Notes: generated by a model not told the origin, from the letters alone. 64,000 bases of DNA from a virus (IMGVR_UViG_3300021256_000056:1-64000); one strand, 5' to 3'; positions 1 to 11,043 are shown, counted from the first letter of the stretch. Numbers and translations are program-made.

Positions 1-25
1 TTTTTCATGCTAATATAATGTTAGA

Positions 26-352
26 TTATACACCCGATTCTTTGAGTTTCCCCGCAAGTGTTATGGCTAATTTTACAGCGGTGTCCGTATCGACGTCTCT
101 CAAAAGAAGTTCTTTGGCTGTTTCAGCAATAAACTGACGCCAAAACACAAGGTCTTCGGGATTATCATTTTTAGGTGTATCACCCACTTGGAAATTACTG
201 AATTCCAGTTCGTCTTCACGGAATGTTCTAGCAGAAGTGTTATTGCTATCTTCTGCATATGCGATTTCAACCCCGACGGCATTGGAACTAATAAAGCGTG
301 TGAAGGGAAGTACATTAACAAGCTCTCCCGTAGATTTAACTTTTGCTATCAT
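26..352 (-). CDS. hypothetical protein
   Basis: 108 aa ORF, overlaps the upstream gene stop, on the operon strand. Confidence 0.7.
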   Translation of the reverse strand: MIAKVKSTGELVNVLPFTRFISSNAVGVEIAYAEDSNNTSARTFREDELEFSNFQVGDTPKNDNPEDLVFWRQFIAETAKELLLRDVDTDTAVKLAITLAGKLKESGV

Positions 353-1236
353 ATCTCAATTTGTATTTTCTTTTCAATTATTCTTTTTTTCTGTTCTAAA
401 GGTAGTTCGAAATACCAATCATCAACATCTTTCCTTGTGAAATAAGGCTCCCCAGGTGAGAATGGGTAATCTTTATCGGTGGTAATAAAAAGAAGCGTGA
501 GATTCTTAACTTTGGGCTCCTTATAACTACGCTCAACGGCCACCCAACTATTGGCCTTTGTTTGATTGAAGCCAGGCTTGGGGAGGTCTTCTATTGAATA
601 GCCCCTTGTATAAGTAACATCCCCTCTGCTGTTGGTTTTAGCAATCCATTTGGTGCCATTTAACATTTTCTCAAGATTCTCTCTATATACATTTCCTTCT
701 CGGGGGAATCTAATGTAATCATCAGGGAAATAGCAATACATGGATTTTTCAAGGAAACCACACTCCTTGGAGTTGTCGTCAAACCAAATGATTGTTAAGT
801 AGGTAGGCTTTCTAAATAATATTTGGAAATAGAAGCCGTAATTTATTGGATAGTATTTTTTTATTGTTACATCCAGAATGTTGGATTGGTTTGAAATATA
901 TGTAACAATTGCGTCAATGTTTGCTTTGTAAAGGCCCTCTTCATATGTGATTTCAGCTCTCACAATACGCATTTTAGCTTGCGAAATGGCATTGGTCTTG
1001 CTCTTAAAGTGAGATTTTCTTGAGTGCCTGCCTCGTATGGTTGAGGTTTGTATTATAGACTCGTCTTCTACCCAAACATCAACACCAGCCTTTTCGGCGG
1101 CGAGGCGCTCTGCGGCTTCTATGGCAGCTTCCTGACTTTTGTGGCTTATGCCAATGGCATTCACAAGAATATCCTTTCCCCAGCTAGGGGAGCTAACAAG
1201 GGAAAGGATTGATATGAAAAGGAAAATATGCTTCAT
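349..1236 (-). CDS. secreted hypothetical protein
   Basis: N-terminal signal peptide MKHIFLFISILSLVSSPSWG. Confidence 0.7.
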   Translation of the reverse strand: MKHIFLFISILSLVSSPSWGKDILVNAIGISHKSQEAAIEAAERLAAEKAGVDVWVEDESIIQTSTIRGRHSRKSHFKSKTNAISQAKMRIVRAEITYEEGLYKANIDAIVTYISNQSNILDVTIKKYYPINYGFYFQILFRKPTYLTIIWFDDNSKECGFLEKSMYCYFPDDYIRFPREGNVYRENLEKMLNGTKWIAKTNSRGDVTYTRGYSIEDLPKPGFNQTKANSWVAVERSYKEPKVKNLTLLFITTDKDYPFSPGEPYFTRKDVDDWYFELPLEQKKRIIEKKIQIEI

Positions 1237-1238
1237 GA

Positions 1239-1802
1239 TTACTTAGACTGAGCTTTAGCCATATTCTCTTCGTGACGGCGCTCGGACTGGCGGTCACTGA
1301 CGTAATTCTTTCGCGTGGTTTTGACCGACTTCTCGTAATAGTTGAGCATCTTCTTTTTGTCGGTTGTAAATCGTACCCAATACGAAATAGTGCCTTCTTT
1401 TTTATTCAGAACCTCACATTCAGTCATGTAAACTATATCCCCAGGGAAACTTACGTTAGAAATTGTCAGCACCCAAGAGGCAAATTCGGTGGAATATTCA
1501 TCATCACCAGAACCCCTAACGGCGCGTGTCTCATCATATGTCTGAATGTCAGCGTGAATCGCCTTTGCAAGTTCTCCACGCAGAATGTTCTTGAGCTCTG
1601 TCTGCTTGCTCATTATTTCGCCTATGCTTGCACCCTTCGTATACTCAACGTGGGCCTCCACAAAGGTAACGCCATTGTCTTTTACTGTAGGGAACGGTGA
1701 GCCTAACTTATTGTTAGACTGGGGTACATTTCTCATGGAGCTGCAGGCGTTAAACATAATTGCCGTAGCAAAGATAATAAGAATTGCATAAATCTTTTTC
1801 AT
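1239..1802 (-). CDS. lipoprotein
   Basis: signal peptide ending in lipobox FNA-C. Confidence 0.75.
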   Translation of the reverse strand: MKKIYAILIIFATAIMFNACSSMRNVPQSNNKLGSPFPTVKDNGVTFVEAHVEYTKGASIGEIMSKQTELKNILRGELAKAIHADIQTYDETRAVRGSGDDEYSTEFASWVLTISNVSFPGDIVYMTECEVLNKKEGTISYWVRFTTDKKKMLNYYEKSVKTTRKNYVSDRQSERRHEENMAKAQSK

Positions 1803-1840
1803 GTCTTTAAAGTATTAAAAGTTTAACAAATTTTCGTTTT

Positions 1841-1850
1841 GCAAATATAC
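1841..1850 (-). promoter_or_regulatory. Bacteroidota sigma-A -7 element (TAnnTTTG); representative of many copies (e.g. ~19275, 23401, 28621, 37058, 51727, 52885, 56856)
   Basis: GTATATTTGC on the minus strand about 40 nt upstream of ATG; recurs in intergenic gaps. Confidence 0.75.
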
Positions 1851-1919
1851 ATACAAAAATCGTGCCATTGTTCAAAAATTTTGAAAAAAATGACACGATT
1901 TCATACAAGTGGTTGATTA

Positions 1920-3002
1920 TCAATTAAAATAATTTTGTATCCAAACGATTGGCGTGGCGCGGTCTCCCGACCCTGAAACCAAATCCATTAATGATGCGAG
2001 GAGGTTTATGTATCTTCTTGGGGTTGTACCCATTGATGACATTTTTCCTTTTAGATTCTTCTTCTCTTCTTTTTGGAATCCAACCATTTTTCTTACCTCA
2101 GCATCTGATGCGGAATTATCTATGAGTGATTTTAGCTTAATTTCATTAGGAGTTGAATTGAGCAAATCTGCATTAGTGTAGCCAGGGCTTGAAACAGGGT
2201 CTGCCATCTCCCAAATACCAGCGTCAAGGTCTTTATATGAACCATCACCATAGGACATTACAATAACATCTACTCCCGTGATGCGCTTGAGCTCTGCTTT
2301 TACTCTCTCACATACATCTGTGGCTAGTTTTTCTGTTGGGAAAAGTTTAATCCTTTCTTCCGTTGCCTTATTGGAGCCCAAGACGCCAAATTCACTTTTG
2401 TCGGAGCAAATTTCGGCCAGAGTAATGTGCGTTTCATCATTCTTTTTGGCGTACTTTATTTTCCACTCATTGTAATCGTGAAGCCCGCAATAAATAAAAG
2501 GCACATGGTCAAATTCGCTGTCCTTAATGTTTTTAGTCGCCTCCCAGAGTTCTTTCCCAAAAACAGCATCACAATTTTCTGCTGCACAAATCTCAGCATA
2601 ATAATCACGAATATTCACACCAGTAAAGGGGTTGACTGTTGATGGATTGCCCACTTCATCATAAGGAGGCATCACAAAATAAATTCTTTTAGCTGCCCGT
2701 GCAATACCCTTCAAAATCATTGAAAACCTGTTTCTCGAATATATTGGAGAATCCAGTATAATTTCAGGGTCGTTTCCGAATTTTCTTCTAATATCTTCGG
2801 CGATTTCATCTACGGTAACATATAGGCCCGCAGAACGTGCAATGACACTTTCGGTTATTCCGAATATGTCATTCTTCTTTAATTCCCTTTTTGTAGCAGA
2901 AATGATGGAAGATACCGCGACATTAACTATGTCGTCGCCTTCTCTAATAAGAGGGCAAACTATGCCCCTGGCCGTCACGCCAAAATTTTCGTAATTATTC
3001 AT
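1920..3002 (-). CDS. coenzyme F420-0:L-glutamate ligase (CofE)-family protein
   Basis: ARGIVCPLIREGDD, GITESVIAR and DLVSGSGDRATPIVWIQNYF motifs. Confidence 0.75.
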   Translation of the reverse strand: MNNYENFGVTARGIVCPLIREGDDIVNVAVSSIISATKRELKKNDIFGITESVIARSAGLYVTVDEIAEDIRRKFGNDPEIILDSPIYSRNRFSMILKGIARAAKRIYFVMPPYDEVGNPSTVNPFTGVNIRDYYAEICAAENCDAVFGKELWEATKNIKDSEFDHVPFIYCGLHDYNEWKIKYAKKNDETHITLAEICSDKSEFGVLGSNKATEERIKLFPTEKLATDVCERVKAELKRITGVDVIVMSYGDGSYKDLDAGIWEMADPVSSPGYTNADLLNSTPNEIKLKSLIDNSASDAEVRKMVGFQKEEKKNLKGKMSSMGTTPRRYINLLASLMDLVSGSGDRATPIVWIQNYFN

Positions 3003-3796
3003 TATTTTAAAACTTCTATTTCAATTAATACTTCGTAATCTTCATCGTCATATTTTTCAAAAAGACAATCATATTCAAGCATTGGCTCGATAGTTGTGAA
3101 GTCAAGGTACGTACGCTTAAGAAGACTACTATTAATTAAGCTTGCCCCATTAATGGTTCTATGATACTTTCTTAATATATGCTGTTTCTTTGGTTCCTTC
3201 CAATAGTGCTTGTGGGGACTCTCGGTATCCCATATACAATCTAAGAAGAAAAGTTTGCCAGTTGGAAGGCCTAACCCCACGTTTGAATCTGAAGGCGAAA
3301 CGGAAGAAAAAAGTTTTGTGGGCCTGCAATATTGATAATGCGTTTTAGTGTTATCATAATCTTCCCATGCTTTTCCAGTGAAATCCTTTTTTATTAAATC
3401 ATATTCAGCTTTAATAGTAACTATTTTTTTATCGGGAGTAGCATCATTCCAACGAACAACATATGTCCTTCCTTTATATCTGTAATCTTCCCTATTATCG
3501 TAGCCATCCCAGGGATAAAATGTCTCTATTGATGGGAATAAGGAGTCTTTTTTACTGTCGAGGTATTCTTTTTTGATTTTGGCTAAGAAGTCAAAAATCC
3601 GAGGTTCCTTAATTTCCTTGAATCTCCAACCGTACTTTATTGGTATGGTTGTCAAAGCCTCGTCGATTGCCTTCTGGCACTCTGCACAGTATTCCATACT
3701 GCAGCCAGCTTCGGTTCCGTATTCTGGGCCATTACCATAGGTGCAGTATGTGTATTCTTTATGGCAATGTTTACAACGTAGATGAAAATGTTGCAT
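3002..3796 (-). CDS. hypothetical protein, N-terminal Zn finger
   Basis: CKHC...YCAEC. Confidence 0.65.
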   Translation of the reverse strand: MQHFHLRCKHCHKEYTYCTYGNGPEYGTEAGCSMEYCAECQKAIDEALTTIPIKYGWRFKEIKEPRIFDFLAKIKKEYLDSKKDSLFPSIETFYPWDGYDNREDYRYKGRTYVVRWNDATPDKKIVTIKAEYDLIKKDFTGKAWEDYDNTKTHYQYCRPTKLFSSVSPSDSNVGLGLPTGKLFFLDCIWDTESPHKHYWKEPKKQHILRKYHRTINGASLINSSLLKRTYLDFTTIEPMLEYDCLFEKYDDEDYEVLIEIEVLK

Positions 3797-3798
3797 AA

Positions 3799-4236
3799 TT
3801 AGTATAAATCTTCTGAAAATAATTTATTGAGTGGGGTTTCATCTTTATCATAATAACGCCTGGGCTCCGATTTCAGAAATCCCTCAAAATCAAAGTCGTT
3901 TCCCATCCATTTTTCACTCAAGGTGAAGGCTCGTTTTACGTTGACCTGTCCTGCAGTATACGCAATATACATTGCCTGCCATCTATCAACAAAACGCCCT
4001 TTGCTTGTTAAAAAACCTTGTGCTTTTTGCTGTAGCTTGTTGTGAAAGGTGTCGATAGTTCCTCCCATTAGCTCGGTTAATTGGCTGGCAATTGCAAAAC
4101 AGTTGTGGTGTCTATGTCCAGCAATGACAATACCAGTTTGAACTGGCATGAACTCATGTTTCTTGCCGTCATCAAACCATATTGCGGCGCAAATGATATA
4201 TTCGTCTTTTTCGTTATTCTTCATCGGTGAGAGCAT
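3799..4236 (-). CDS. conserved phage hypothetical protein
   Basis: ICAAIW...GHRHHNC...QGFLTSKGRFVDR...LFSEDLY. Confidence 0.7.
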   Translation of the reverse strand: MLSPMKNNEKDEYIICAAIWFDDGKKHEFMPVQTGIVIAGHRHHNCFAIASQLTELMGGTIDTFHNKLQQKAQGFLTSKGRFVDRWQAMYIAYTAGQVNVKRAFTLSEKWMGNDFDFEGFLKSEPRRYYDKDETPLNKLFSEDLY

Positions 4237-4693
4237 TCGCGCCAGGATTCAGCGATTCTAACTTTTCAAGAGCAAAATCCTTCATTCCATTGAGAATCGT
4301 TAGGGGGTGCCAGGTCGCGCCAATCAACAGTGCGTAAAATCCATCTAACACGTCATCCAGACTTGCATCTTCGTGGTCTAGTTCATAGATTTGTTTATGG
4401 CCATATGAGCTTTCATATGTCAGACGGGTAAAGTTTTCTTCTTTATTATACATTTTAGTTTCTTTTATATTTTTATTATTAAAAAGTTCTTCCTCAACGC
4501 TAGCGTGCTTGATAGGCGGACGGTTTGCTCGTTGTGTATCCTCATATTTAATGATGGCGTCTCTGAGCATATCTTCAAGCAGCAACGCAGTATCAGGTGC
4601 TTCCTGACACTTTCGCCCCCTTCGATTTGCGTTTACATATTTTTTCGCATAACTGATGATTGTATCAATATCATTCATGTTTAGGAACTGCAA
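4214..4693 (-). CDS. hypothetical protein
   Basis: ORF tiled in the operon. Confidence 0.6.
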   Translation of the reverse strand: MQFLNMNDIDTIISYAKKYVNANRRGRKCQEAPDTALLLEDMLRDAIIKYEDTQRANRPPIKHASVEEELFNNKNIKETKMYNKEENFTRLTYESSYGHKQIYELDHEDASLDDVLDGFYALLIGATWHPLTILNGMKDFALEKLESLNPGANALTDEE

Positions 4694-5024
4694 CTACACC
4701 TGTTATTTCGTAATCGATAATTTCCTCATTAATCATTCTACCAAGCCCATAAACTTGAAATGAAATAAAGTCCTTATCAAAGTCCAATAGTTCTTTTATT
4801 AATTTACCCTGGGGCGTATCCAAAAGCTGAATATCTCCCCACAAATTTCCCTCATTATCTAATTCAACTTTGTTTGCTGTTCCTACAACATTGTTTAAAT
4901 CTCCTGCATGGACTAATAGGCCCTTATCTTCAGTTTGCCTAAGCTTTTCCAATGCGCCCTCAATAACCCCGTCACCATATTTAAAGGTGTATGGGACGTT
5001 TTTGTCATATAATTTTACTTTCAT
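4671..5024 (-). CDS. short protein resembling prohead core protease (T4 gp21-like) fragment
   Basis: LWGDIQLLDTPQGKLIKELL motif. Confidence 0.45.
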   Translation of the reverse strand: MKVKLYDKNVPYTFKYGDGVIEGALEKLRQTEDKGLLVHAGDLNNVVGTANKVELDNEGNLWGDIQLLDTPQGKLIKELLDFDKDFISFQVYGLGRMINEEIIDYEITGVVAVPKHE

Positions 5025-5281
5025 CGTTGCTTAATTGGCGTTACGTAAATTTTATCCATTTTTTTCACCCAGGAACCGTCATAGAAACAGGTTTCATGTG
5101 TTTTCTTAAAACAATTATCTGAGCAGTATTTTTGATTTGGTGCATCTGGGATGAACGCACGACCGCACCTTTCACATATTGGCATATGCTCTATCTTCCA
5201 TTCATCGCTTTGCGAAAGAAACCAATCGCGATAATTAGCATGTTTTGCAAGAAAGCCTCTTTTTACTTTTTCGTTTGCCAT
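5021..5281 (-). CDS. small Zn-finger protein
   Basis: CERCG...QKYCSDNC. Confidence 0.65.
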   Translation of the reverse strand: MANEKVKRGFLAKHANYRDWFLSQSDEWKIEHMPICERCGRAFIPDAPNQKYCSDNCFKKTHETCFYDGSWVKKMDKIYVTPIKQR

Positions 5282-5691
5282 TTTTTTAATATGTTGTTAT
5301 ATTTTTGTTTTGCCCATGTTTTGGATTCTTTTGAGACACCTTTTATTTCAGCAAGAAATAGGCGCACATCCTCTTTTGTTTTAAGGTTGGCACGGCACAT
5401 TTGGTCAAAAATGCGCCCACCCTCGACTTCTGGGAGTACCACATTAATTTTGGCGTCCCGCTTGTAGGCCGCTATTAGTTTGTCTGTTTTTTTGTCATTA
5501 CCCTTGTACTCATGCGATGAAATGTGCCACCCACAACATGCGGGACAATAATAAACTCTCATGGTTCGGGTGCCATCAGGGTTAACCGCATCCATGTTGA
5601 ATTTAAGGAAGGTGTTTGCTTCTTTTTCGGTTTCGAAAAGCATTTTAGCTCTTCCGCAATCTGGGCACATTACGCGATTTTTTGGCTTCAT
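5263..5691 (-). CDS. Zn-ribbon hypothetical protein
   Basis: CPDCG and YYCPACCGWHISS; similar motif in 52267-52530. Confidence 0.7.
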   Translation of the reverse strand: MKPKNRVMCPDCGRAKMLFETEKEANTFLKFNMDAVNPDGTRTMRVYYCPACCGWHISSHEYKGNDKKTDKLIAAYKRDAKINVVLPEVEGGRIFDQMCRANLKTKEDVRLFLAEIKGVSKESKTWAKQKYNNILKKWQTKK

Positions 5692-6014
5692 AGGGTTTCC
5701 TCCTGGACTTTCCTGCCAACGGCGTATGCCAATTTATTGATAAAGGCGCAGTACCCGTTCTTGCAAATCTCTTCACAATGAGGGTTCTTGCCTATAATCT
5801 TTTCAACTTCCGAGTACTCAACTGCCAAATGCTCTCCCTCCTCATCATTACATCCAAAGAAATTGAACGGACACGACTCTCTTGCCGCATCAAAAATAAA
5901 CTGTGTGACATCTCCAGGCTTCATGAAGTTTTTTTTGGCGAACTTCTCCAAATCCTGTTTGGCTAAGGCCTCCCAACAAATCTTGTCTTGGGCAATGTTT
6001 TTCTCTTTTTCCAT
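5688..6014 (-). CDS. hypothetical protein
   Basis: ORF tiled in the operon. Confidence 0.6.
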   Translation of the reverse strand: MEKEKNIAQDKICWEALAKQDLEKFAKKNFMKPGDVTQFIFDAARESCPFNFFGCNDEEGEHLAVEYSEVEKIIGKNPHCEEICKNGYCAFINKLAYAVGRKVQEETL

Positions 6015-6016
6015 TT

Positions 6017-6817
6017 TTATTTTTCAATACCCTGAATAATGAGGTTCAGGTGGTTCTTAATGTCACTATTACACTTAACTTTGATGAACTTCTCAAAGTA
6101 GTAGTCATCAGTATGCGAATTGTAGAGCTCAAGCACTGGCGTGCCCTTATATTTCCCAATAGCGAACACAATGACTCCGTCCTGATTGCGTTTGAAGAAC
6201 CCCGATGCATCTACCATGTCTGCAGATGCATACTTGGATAGCTCGTCAACGTTTTCAATACCATATTTCTCTAATTGCCTGAATGCAATAGAGGCGGCGG
6301 CAAGACTGTCCTCATATGCAACGTGAGCGTTTTCCATGACCTGCCCAGTGAAATTCTTGTAAGTATGACTAAGGTCCCTGGGCTCAGCTTTTATGAGAAT
6401 CTTAAAGGCGTCGATGATGCGTCGGTTACTGTAACGGAATTTAAGCCCAACACGATTAAGTTCCTCAATGAGGAATGGTATATCGAATGTTGTGACGTTA
6501 TAACCACCAATATCGCACCCCTTCATGAAATTAAGGATTTCTTCTGCAACTTCACCGAACTTAGGCTTGTCTTTTACATCATCATAAGAGATGCTGTTAA
6601 CGTTTGTTGCCTCCTGGGGAATTGGTCGCTCGGGATTGATGAGGGTTCCATACTTCTCGACACTATAGTCAGGGTTTATTTTAACTCCCCCAAACTCAAT
6701 AATTTTGTCGTTAAGGACATCAGTACCCGTGGTCTCTAAATCGAAAAAGACAATCGGTTTGTCGAGCACAATCTTCTTGCTCTTAAGATAATCAATAATG
6801 TTATTGTAATCAACCAT
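6017..6817 (-). CDS. DEDDh 3'-5' exonuclease (DnaQ-like)
   Basis: FFDLETTG, GYNVTTFDIPFL and AHVAYED motifs. Confidence 0.9.
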   Translation of the reverse strand: MVDYNNIIDYLKSKKIVLDKPIVFFDLETTGTDVLNDKIIEFGGVKINPDYSVEKYGTLINPERPIPQEATNVNSISYDDVKDKPKFGEVAEEILNFMKGCDIGGYNVTTFDIPFLIEELNRVGLKFRYSNRRIIDAFKILIKAEPRDLSHTYKNFTGQVMENAHVAYEDSLAAASIAFRQLEKYGIENVDELSKYASADMVDASGFFKRNQDGVIVFAIGKYKGTPVLELYNSHTDDYYFEKFIKVKCNSDIKNHLNLIIQGIEK

Positions 6818-6838
6818 ATTTAAATTTTTTAGTAAGTT

Positions 6839-7195
6839 TTAATCTTTTGGAAAATAATAATCGCTACCTTCGGTGGCATTGCATGCGATTGCGGCCTGTT
6901 TGAGCCCGCCTGTTATGGCATCTTCGATACTCTTAACAAACGAGTCGTAAAATTTAATACCTCCTTCAACCGTAGATTCAACGTGATAGGCGAACTGTTT
7001 TTTTTTATCTGTTATTATAAGTTGCCAATTTTTCTCATCATACAGCCACGTTAGAAATTCAAGCAATGTAACTTGGCTGATTTTCCCGATATAGCCAAAA
7101 GTCTTGAATGGTTTCACTAATTTAGCTGGTAAAACCATATCCTTATATGCATTAAGGATGTCAGTCAAGGGATATTTCGCTGAGTCTTCCGCCAT
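6839..7195 (-). CDS. hypothetical protein
   Basis: 118 aa ORF. Confidence 0.6.
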   Translation of the reverse strand: MAEDSAKYPLTDILNAYKDMVLPAKLVKPFKTFGYIGKISQVTLLEFLTWLYDEKNWQLIITDKKKQFAYHVESTVEGGIKFYDSFVKSIEDAITGGLKQAAIACNATEGSDYYFPKD

Positions 7196-7640
7196 CTTCA
7201 GTGGTTGTTGTGTTAACTTGAATGTTTATACCTTTTTTACGTAAGTACCTGGCCGCAATTTCCATGTTGGAGATTTCTCCGCTTTCGCTTTTGGTGAATC
7301 CGACAGCACCGTGAAAATTGGCTTTGTTAAGCCTCCTGAAATACTTGATGAAGCCTTTGATTGTTTTCTTGTTTGACATGTTCCCTAATCTTTTTTTCAA
7401 AAATACAAACTTTTAATTTAAATGCAAAGAATTGTACGAAAAAATTAATCGTCAAAAAATAAATCTAGAAGAAGAGTTACTGGCCAAAAAATGGCAAGAA
7501 GCGCAACACTAACTCCATCAATTATTTCGAAATCTACAATGTCTCTTTCGAAGTCTTCTTCCATAAATTTTAAAGCAAAGCAAAATACGATAATGCAATA
7601 TACTATTATCGCGACTTTAATAATAAGGGTCATGGTGTAT

Positions 7641-8444
7641 CTATTTTTTGTCCTTAAGTACTGATTTATCTCCATGAATATTCCCGACAAAGCGGAATCC
7701 ATTACCTGATTTACTTATTTTATAGTCACTATAATGTGTGTCGTTCTCGTAATCGAGCTTACCGTCATTCATTATGTAGCCCCTTCCAGGGGTATAAAGG
7801 AGTTTCCTCCAGCCCCCATCTTTTTCTGCAATATAAACACCAGCGTCATCACCGTACCAAGAATAATACATTGATTCGGTCGGCTTCAGGTAAACAAAGA
7901 CAATATCTCCGTCAAAAAATGGCTTTTCCTCTTTGTCGCCATATTCTTTAATCTTACCGACTTGAGTGGCAACGCCAACAATGTGTACGTCTTTGCTTTG
8001 GACAAGTGCCGCGAGGCTAATAATATCGTCTTTATCTCTTAAGTTTATGTCTACAGAGTGGATTTCCGCTGTTTTTCTCTCTTCTTCTGTGTTGGCTCGT
8101 TTATAAAAATACCTCCGCCTATCAACATATCCATAAGAATAACTTTCTTCACTTACCCCCATAATTGACCTGTCCTCATATGGTTCTCTGTCCCCATAGG
8201 CTATTTCCGCAATCTCCAAGGCTTTGGGTAAATACTTTGAAAATTTTTCATTGTCGTTTGCTATTGCATAAGGGTAATTGTGAATAGTAGAAAATACCCC
8301 ATACATGGTCTCCAATTTTCGCTCATTGTCTATACCAAAATGAGCCTTTGCTGTAAGGAAAAACCTGTCCTTTGAGACATAATTGGCTATCTCATGTACT
8401 TTAATCAAATTAATGGCCGACTGTTTTAATTCTTTGTATGTCAT
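7641..8444 (-). CDS. hypothetical protein with YopX-like C-terminus
   Basis: FFDGDIV...FVGNIHGD. Confidence 0.55.
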   Translation of the reverse strand: MTYKELKQSAINLIKVHEIANYVSKDRFFLTAKAHFGIDNERKLETMYGVFSTIHNYPYAIANDNEKFSKYLPKALEIAEIAYGDREPYEDRSIMGVSEESYSYGYVDRRRYFYKRANTEEERKTAEIHSVDINLRDKDDIISLAALVQSKDVHIVGVATQVGKIKEYGDKEEKPFFDGDIVFVYLKPTESMYYSWYGDDAGVYIAEKDGGWRKLLYTPGRGYIMNDGKLDYENDTHYSDYKISKSGNGFRFVGNIHGDKSVLKDKK

Positions 8445-8652
8445 AATTTTTTTGTTAATACCTCTTCATTAGTTATTGTGTAGGAAGTGCCGTCGTCGCA
8501 AACAACTTGATATACAAATATAAAGTCAGATAGTTTACTTCCTAATATTCCAATACTGGATATTGTTCCCACTTTGGGGGTGGGGAATTTTAGTGGAAGG
8601 GTTAGAATTACTCTATCTCCTTCGTTAAACTTTGATTTTTGATTATTAAATG

Positions 8653-9525
8653 TCATCGTAGTTTAAGCGCAGGGACAATATCATAAAATCTTTCTTTACT
8701 GCCTTCAACGGTAAGAGGGAATGCGTTATGTGCGTCCCAGACCTTTCTCTTGAATTTAATCACTTGGTTGGCCCACTCTTTTTCCATATCCCTTTCTTCT
8801 TGGTAAATAAAGCGTCCATATTTTTCCCCGTCAGTAAAATCATGTTCCCATGATACGCCCTTCTCTTCCTTGAGAAGAGCAATTTGGGCGTCAGTGTCAA
8901 GGCCAAGAAGCTGTTTGTGAGATAGATATGTTTGCGCGGTTTGCTGTTTTGAGTTGCGAATGCAGTCTATCTGACGATAGAGGAACCAAGCAAAAGCATC
9001 ATTGCTGGATGGTACGGGCCAAACCTTGCAATCGAATTCAGCCAATTTCATATCTTCGATTGCTTTCACACAATCTCTACAGGTATATATTGCACCATCA
9101 AAATCCATAAGCTGATAATCATATGCCCTCTCTTTGATTTCATTCTCAATAAGAAGCTGGTTAAACTTTGCGGTTGCAAGAGACGCAATAATGCTCTGCA
9201 TTTTACAAAGTCTATAGCTGAAGAAAGAATCAGCCTCAGGAGTTTCATAGTCAGTGATAAGGAACGAGATTTCATCGCTTTGTACATATGCGAATTTACA
9301 ACCCTGTACGTGCTCACATACATACCTGGCGGTTTCGTTCATCATTTCGATGAATTTTTTATCAAACGGGAGCTTAAACCTTTTCTTTACAAGTTTTGAA
9401 AAGGCGCGTCCATCAACCATTGCGATAATGTTTGCGTTCGGAAGAATTCTGTAATCTGTGAGACCTCTATAATAGAGGCATTTCTCTTCAAGACTTTTAA
9501 AGTTCATAATTTTCGTATTTGCCAC
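8653..9525 (-). CDS. tRNA(His) guanylyltransferase Thg1-like protein (3'-5' polymerase)
   Basis: VDGRAFSK, YVQSDEISF and RQIDCIRNS motifs. Confidence 0.92.
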   Translation of the reverse strand: MANTKIMNFKSLEEKCLYYRGLTDYRILPNANIIAMVDGRAFSKLVKKRFKLPFDKKFIEMMNETARYVCEHVQGCKFAYVQSDEISFLITDYETPEADSFFSYRLCKMQSIIASLATAKFNQLLIENEIKERAYDYQLMDFDGAIYTCRDCVKAIEDMKLAEFDCKVWPVPSSNDAFAWFLYRQIDCIRNSKQQTAQTYLSHKQLLGLDTDAQIALLKEEKGVSWEHDFTDGEKYGRFIYQEERDMEKEWANQVIKFKRKVWDAHNAFPLTVEGSKERFYDIVPALKLR

Positions 9526-10365
9526 AAATATATGAAAACTTTGTGGTAAAACAAAAAAAAGTTATGACTTTTTGATTTTTTTAAGGATTTTCTCTGAAAG
9601 CGAAATTGCCCTCTGTATTAGTGCGTCGTCACCACTGAATTTTTGACCACTAACAATGAGGGCATTTACCATATTTGAAACGACGAATAATCTTGCAGTG
9701 TCTTCATCGTCTAATGTTATAGATAGTCGTGGGGCTTCCCCAACAGAATTAAATTTCTCAAAAAGAGTCTTGTCTGGTTCTATTGTACCTTTCATGTACA
9801 ATAAATAGAGGGATTATTGGATTTCTTTATATAAAACTGTCCAAGGATTATCTTGTGTGAAGCGAAAGGCATAGTCGTGCCAAAAACGGTCGTTGATAAC
9901 TGCAGTCACAAGTTTTCCTGTGTTTTCATTAAAACCCTTGGTAATTAAATAATAACGTCCCTTAGTATCTTTACAGAGAAGGCAGCCTTTTTCTGGACAC
10001 TCTGCTAATATAAATTTCCATAAATCTTCCATAACAATCCTTTAATCCTCATGACATTCCCCTTTAATAACAAAGCCTGCATCGACATATGTTTTCATGG
10101 ACACGCCGAAAATTGTTATCGAAGCAAACGCCTTGTCAAGTTTTAAGTCCGAAAGTATCAAGTTGGTTTTATTATACATATCGTCGGGAAGCCGCTTTTC
10201 AATTAATGATTTTATATCTTCAGGAGTAAGATTTTCAGAGTCATTCACTTCGAAGGAAACTGAAAACAATTCATAGGGGCAGTGCTTTCCGTCATCTGCC
10301 AACCTTATTGATGCGCTATATTCTATGTAACTTTTCATATTTCATTATATAATAAAAATGTCAAC

Positions 10366-11043
10366 CTATTCAAGTTCCTTACATTCTTCTTCGGTATATA
10401 AAGAATGGAGTTTTTCTAACCACCACTTCGTCTTAACTTTGACGGACGGACGACGCTGTCCCTTCATTAGGGTGCTACGCTTGAAGACCACACCTTCCTT
10501 GACTGTCGGAAGTTCCGCACCAGGTTGAGTCCAGTCATTGTTCTGTATCTTCTCCACTATATCTGAGTTGAGAGGGCCAGCATAAATCAGTTCAGGGATT
10601 TCTATATCACTGTCCTTGAAGAGGTTATAGTATTCCCTCGGCTCCATATAACCCTTCTTCTTCAGGAAAACATCAATGAGTGCAAGTTTCATCTCATCAC
10701 CCTCCTGGTGTTTTCCTGCAAAGGAATTATACCCGTACCACTCAAACACAAAGGTTACTTCATCAACGCCAGTGAACACATCTTTTTTGCCAGAATGTTC
10801 TTTTACAATTCTGGCAAGAATTTCGGGATAATTGGAATTTTTAAACCACTTTACAACTGGACCAAACTGTTCACTGTTCTCGTCAACAGTAACTGTCCTG
10901 GAGCCGAACGGGCCCCAGGTTTTCTTTCTACAGTTATATGCTGCAACAAAGTTCTGGCCATCCAGTTTATTGAACCCCCAGACAATATCTCCTTTCAGAG
11001 TACCATCATCCTGGATTCTTGGTATACTGTCGTAATGTTTCAT
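10366..11043 (-). CDS. Rnl2-like RNA ligase (nucleotidyltransferase domain)
   Basis: motif I KLDGQN, FEWYG, EGVVFK, KVKT. Confidence 0.75.
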   Translation of the reverse strand: MKHYDSIPRIQDDGTLKGDIVWGFNKLDGQNFVAAYNCRKKTWGPFGSRTVTVDENSEQFGPVVKWFKNSNYPEILARIVKEHSGKKDVFTGVDEVTFVFEWYGYNSFAGKHQEGDEMKLALIDVFLKKKGYMEPREYYNLFKDSDIEIPELIYAGPLNSDIVEKIQNNDWTQPGAELPTVKEGVVFKRSTLMKGQRRPSVKVKTKWWLEKLHSLYTEEECKELE

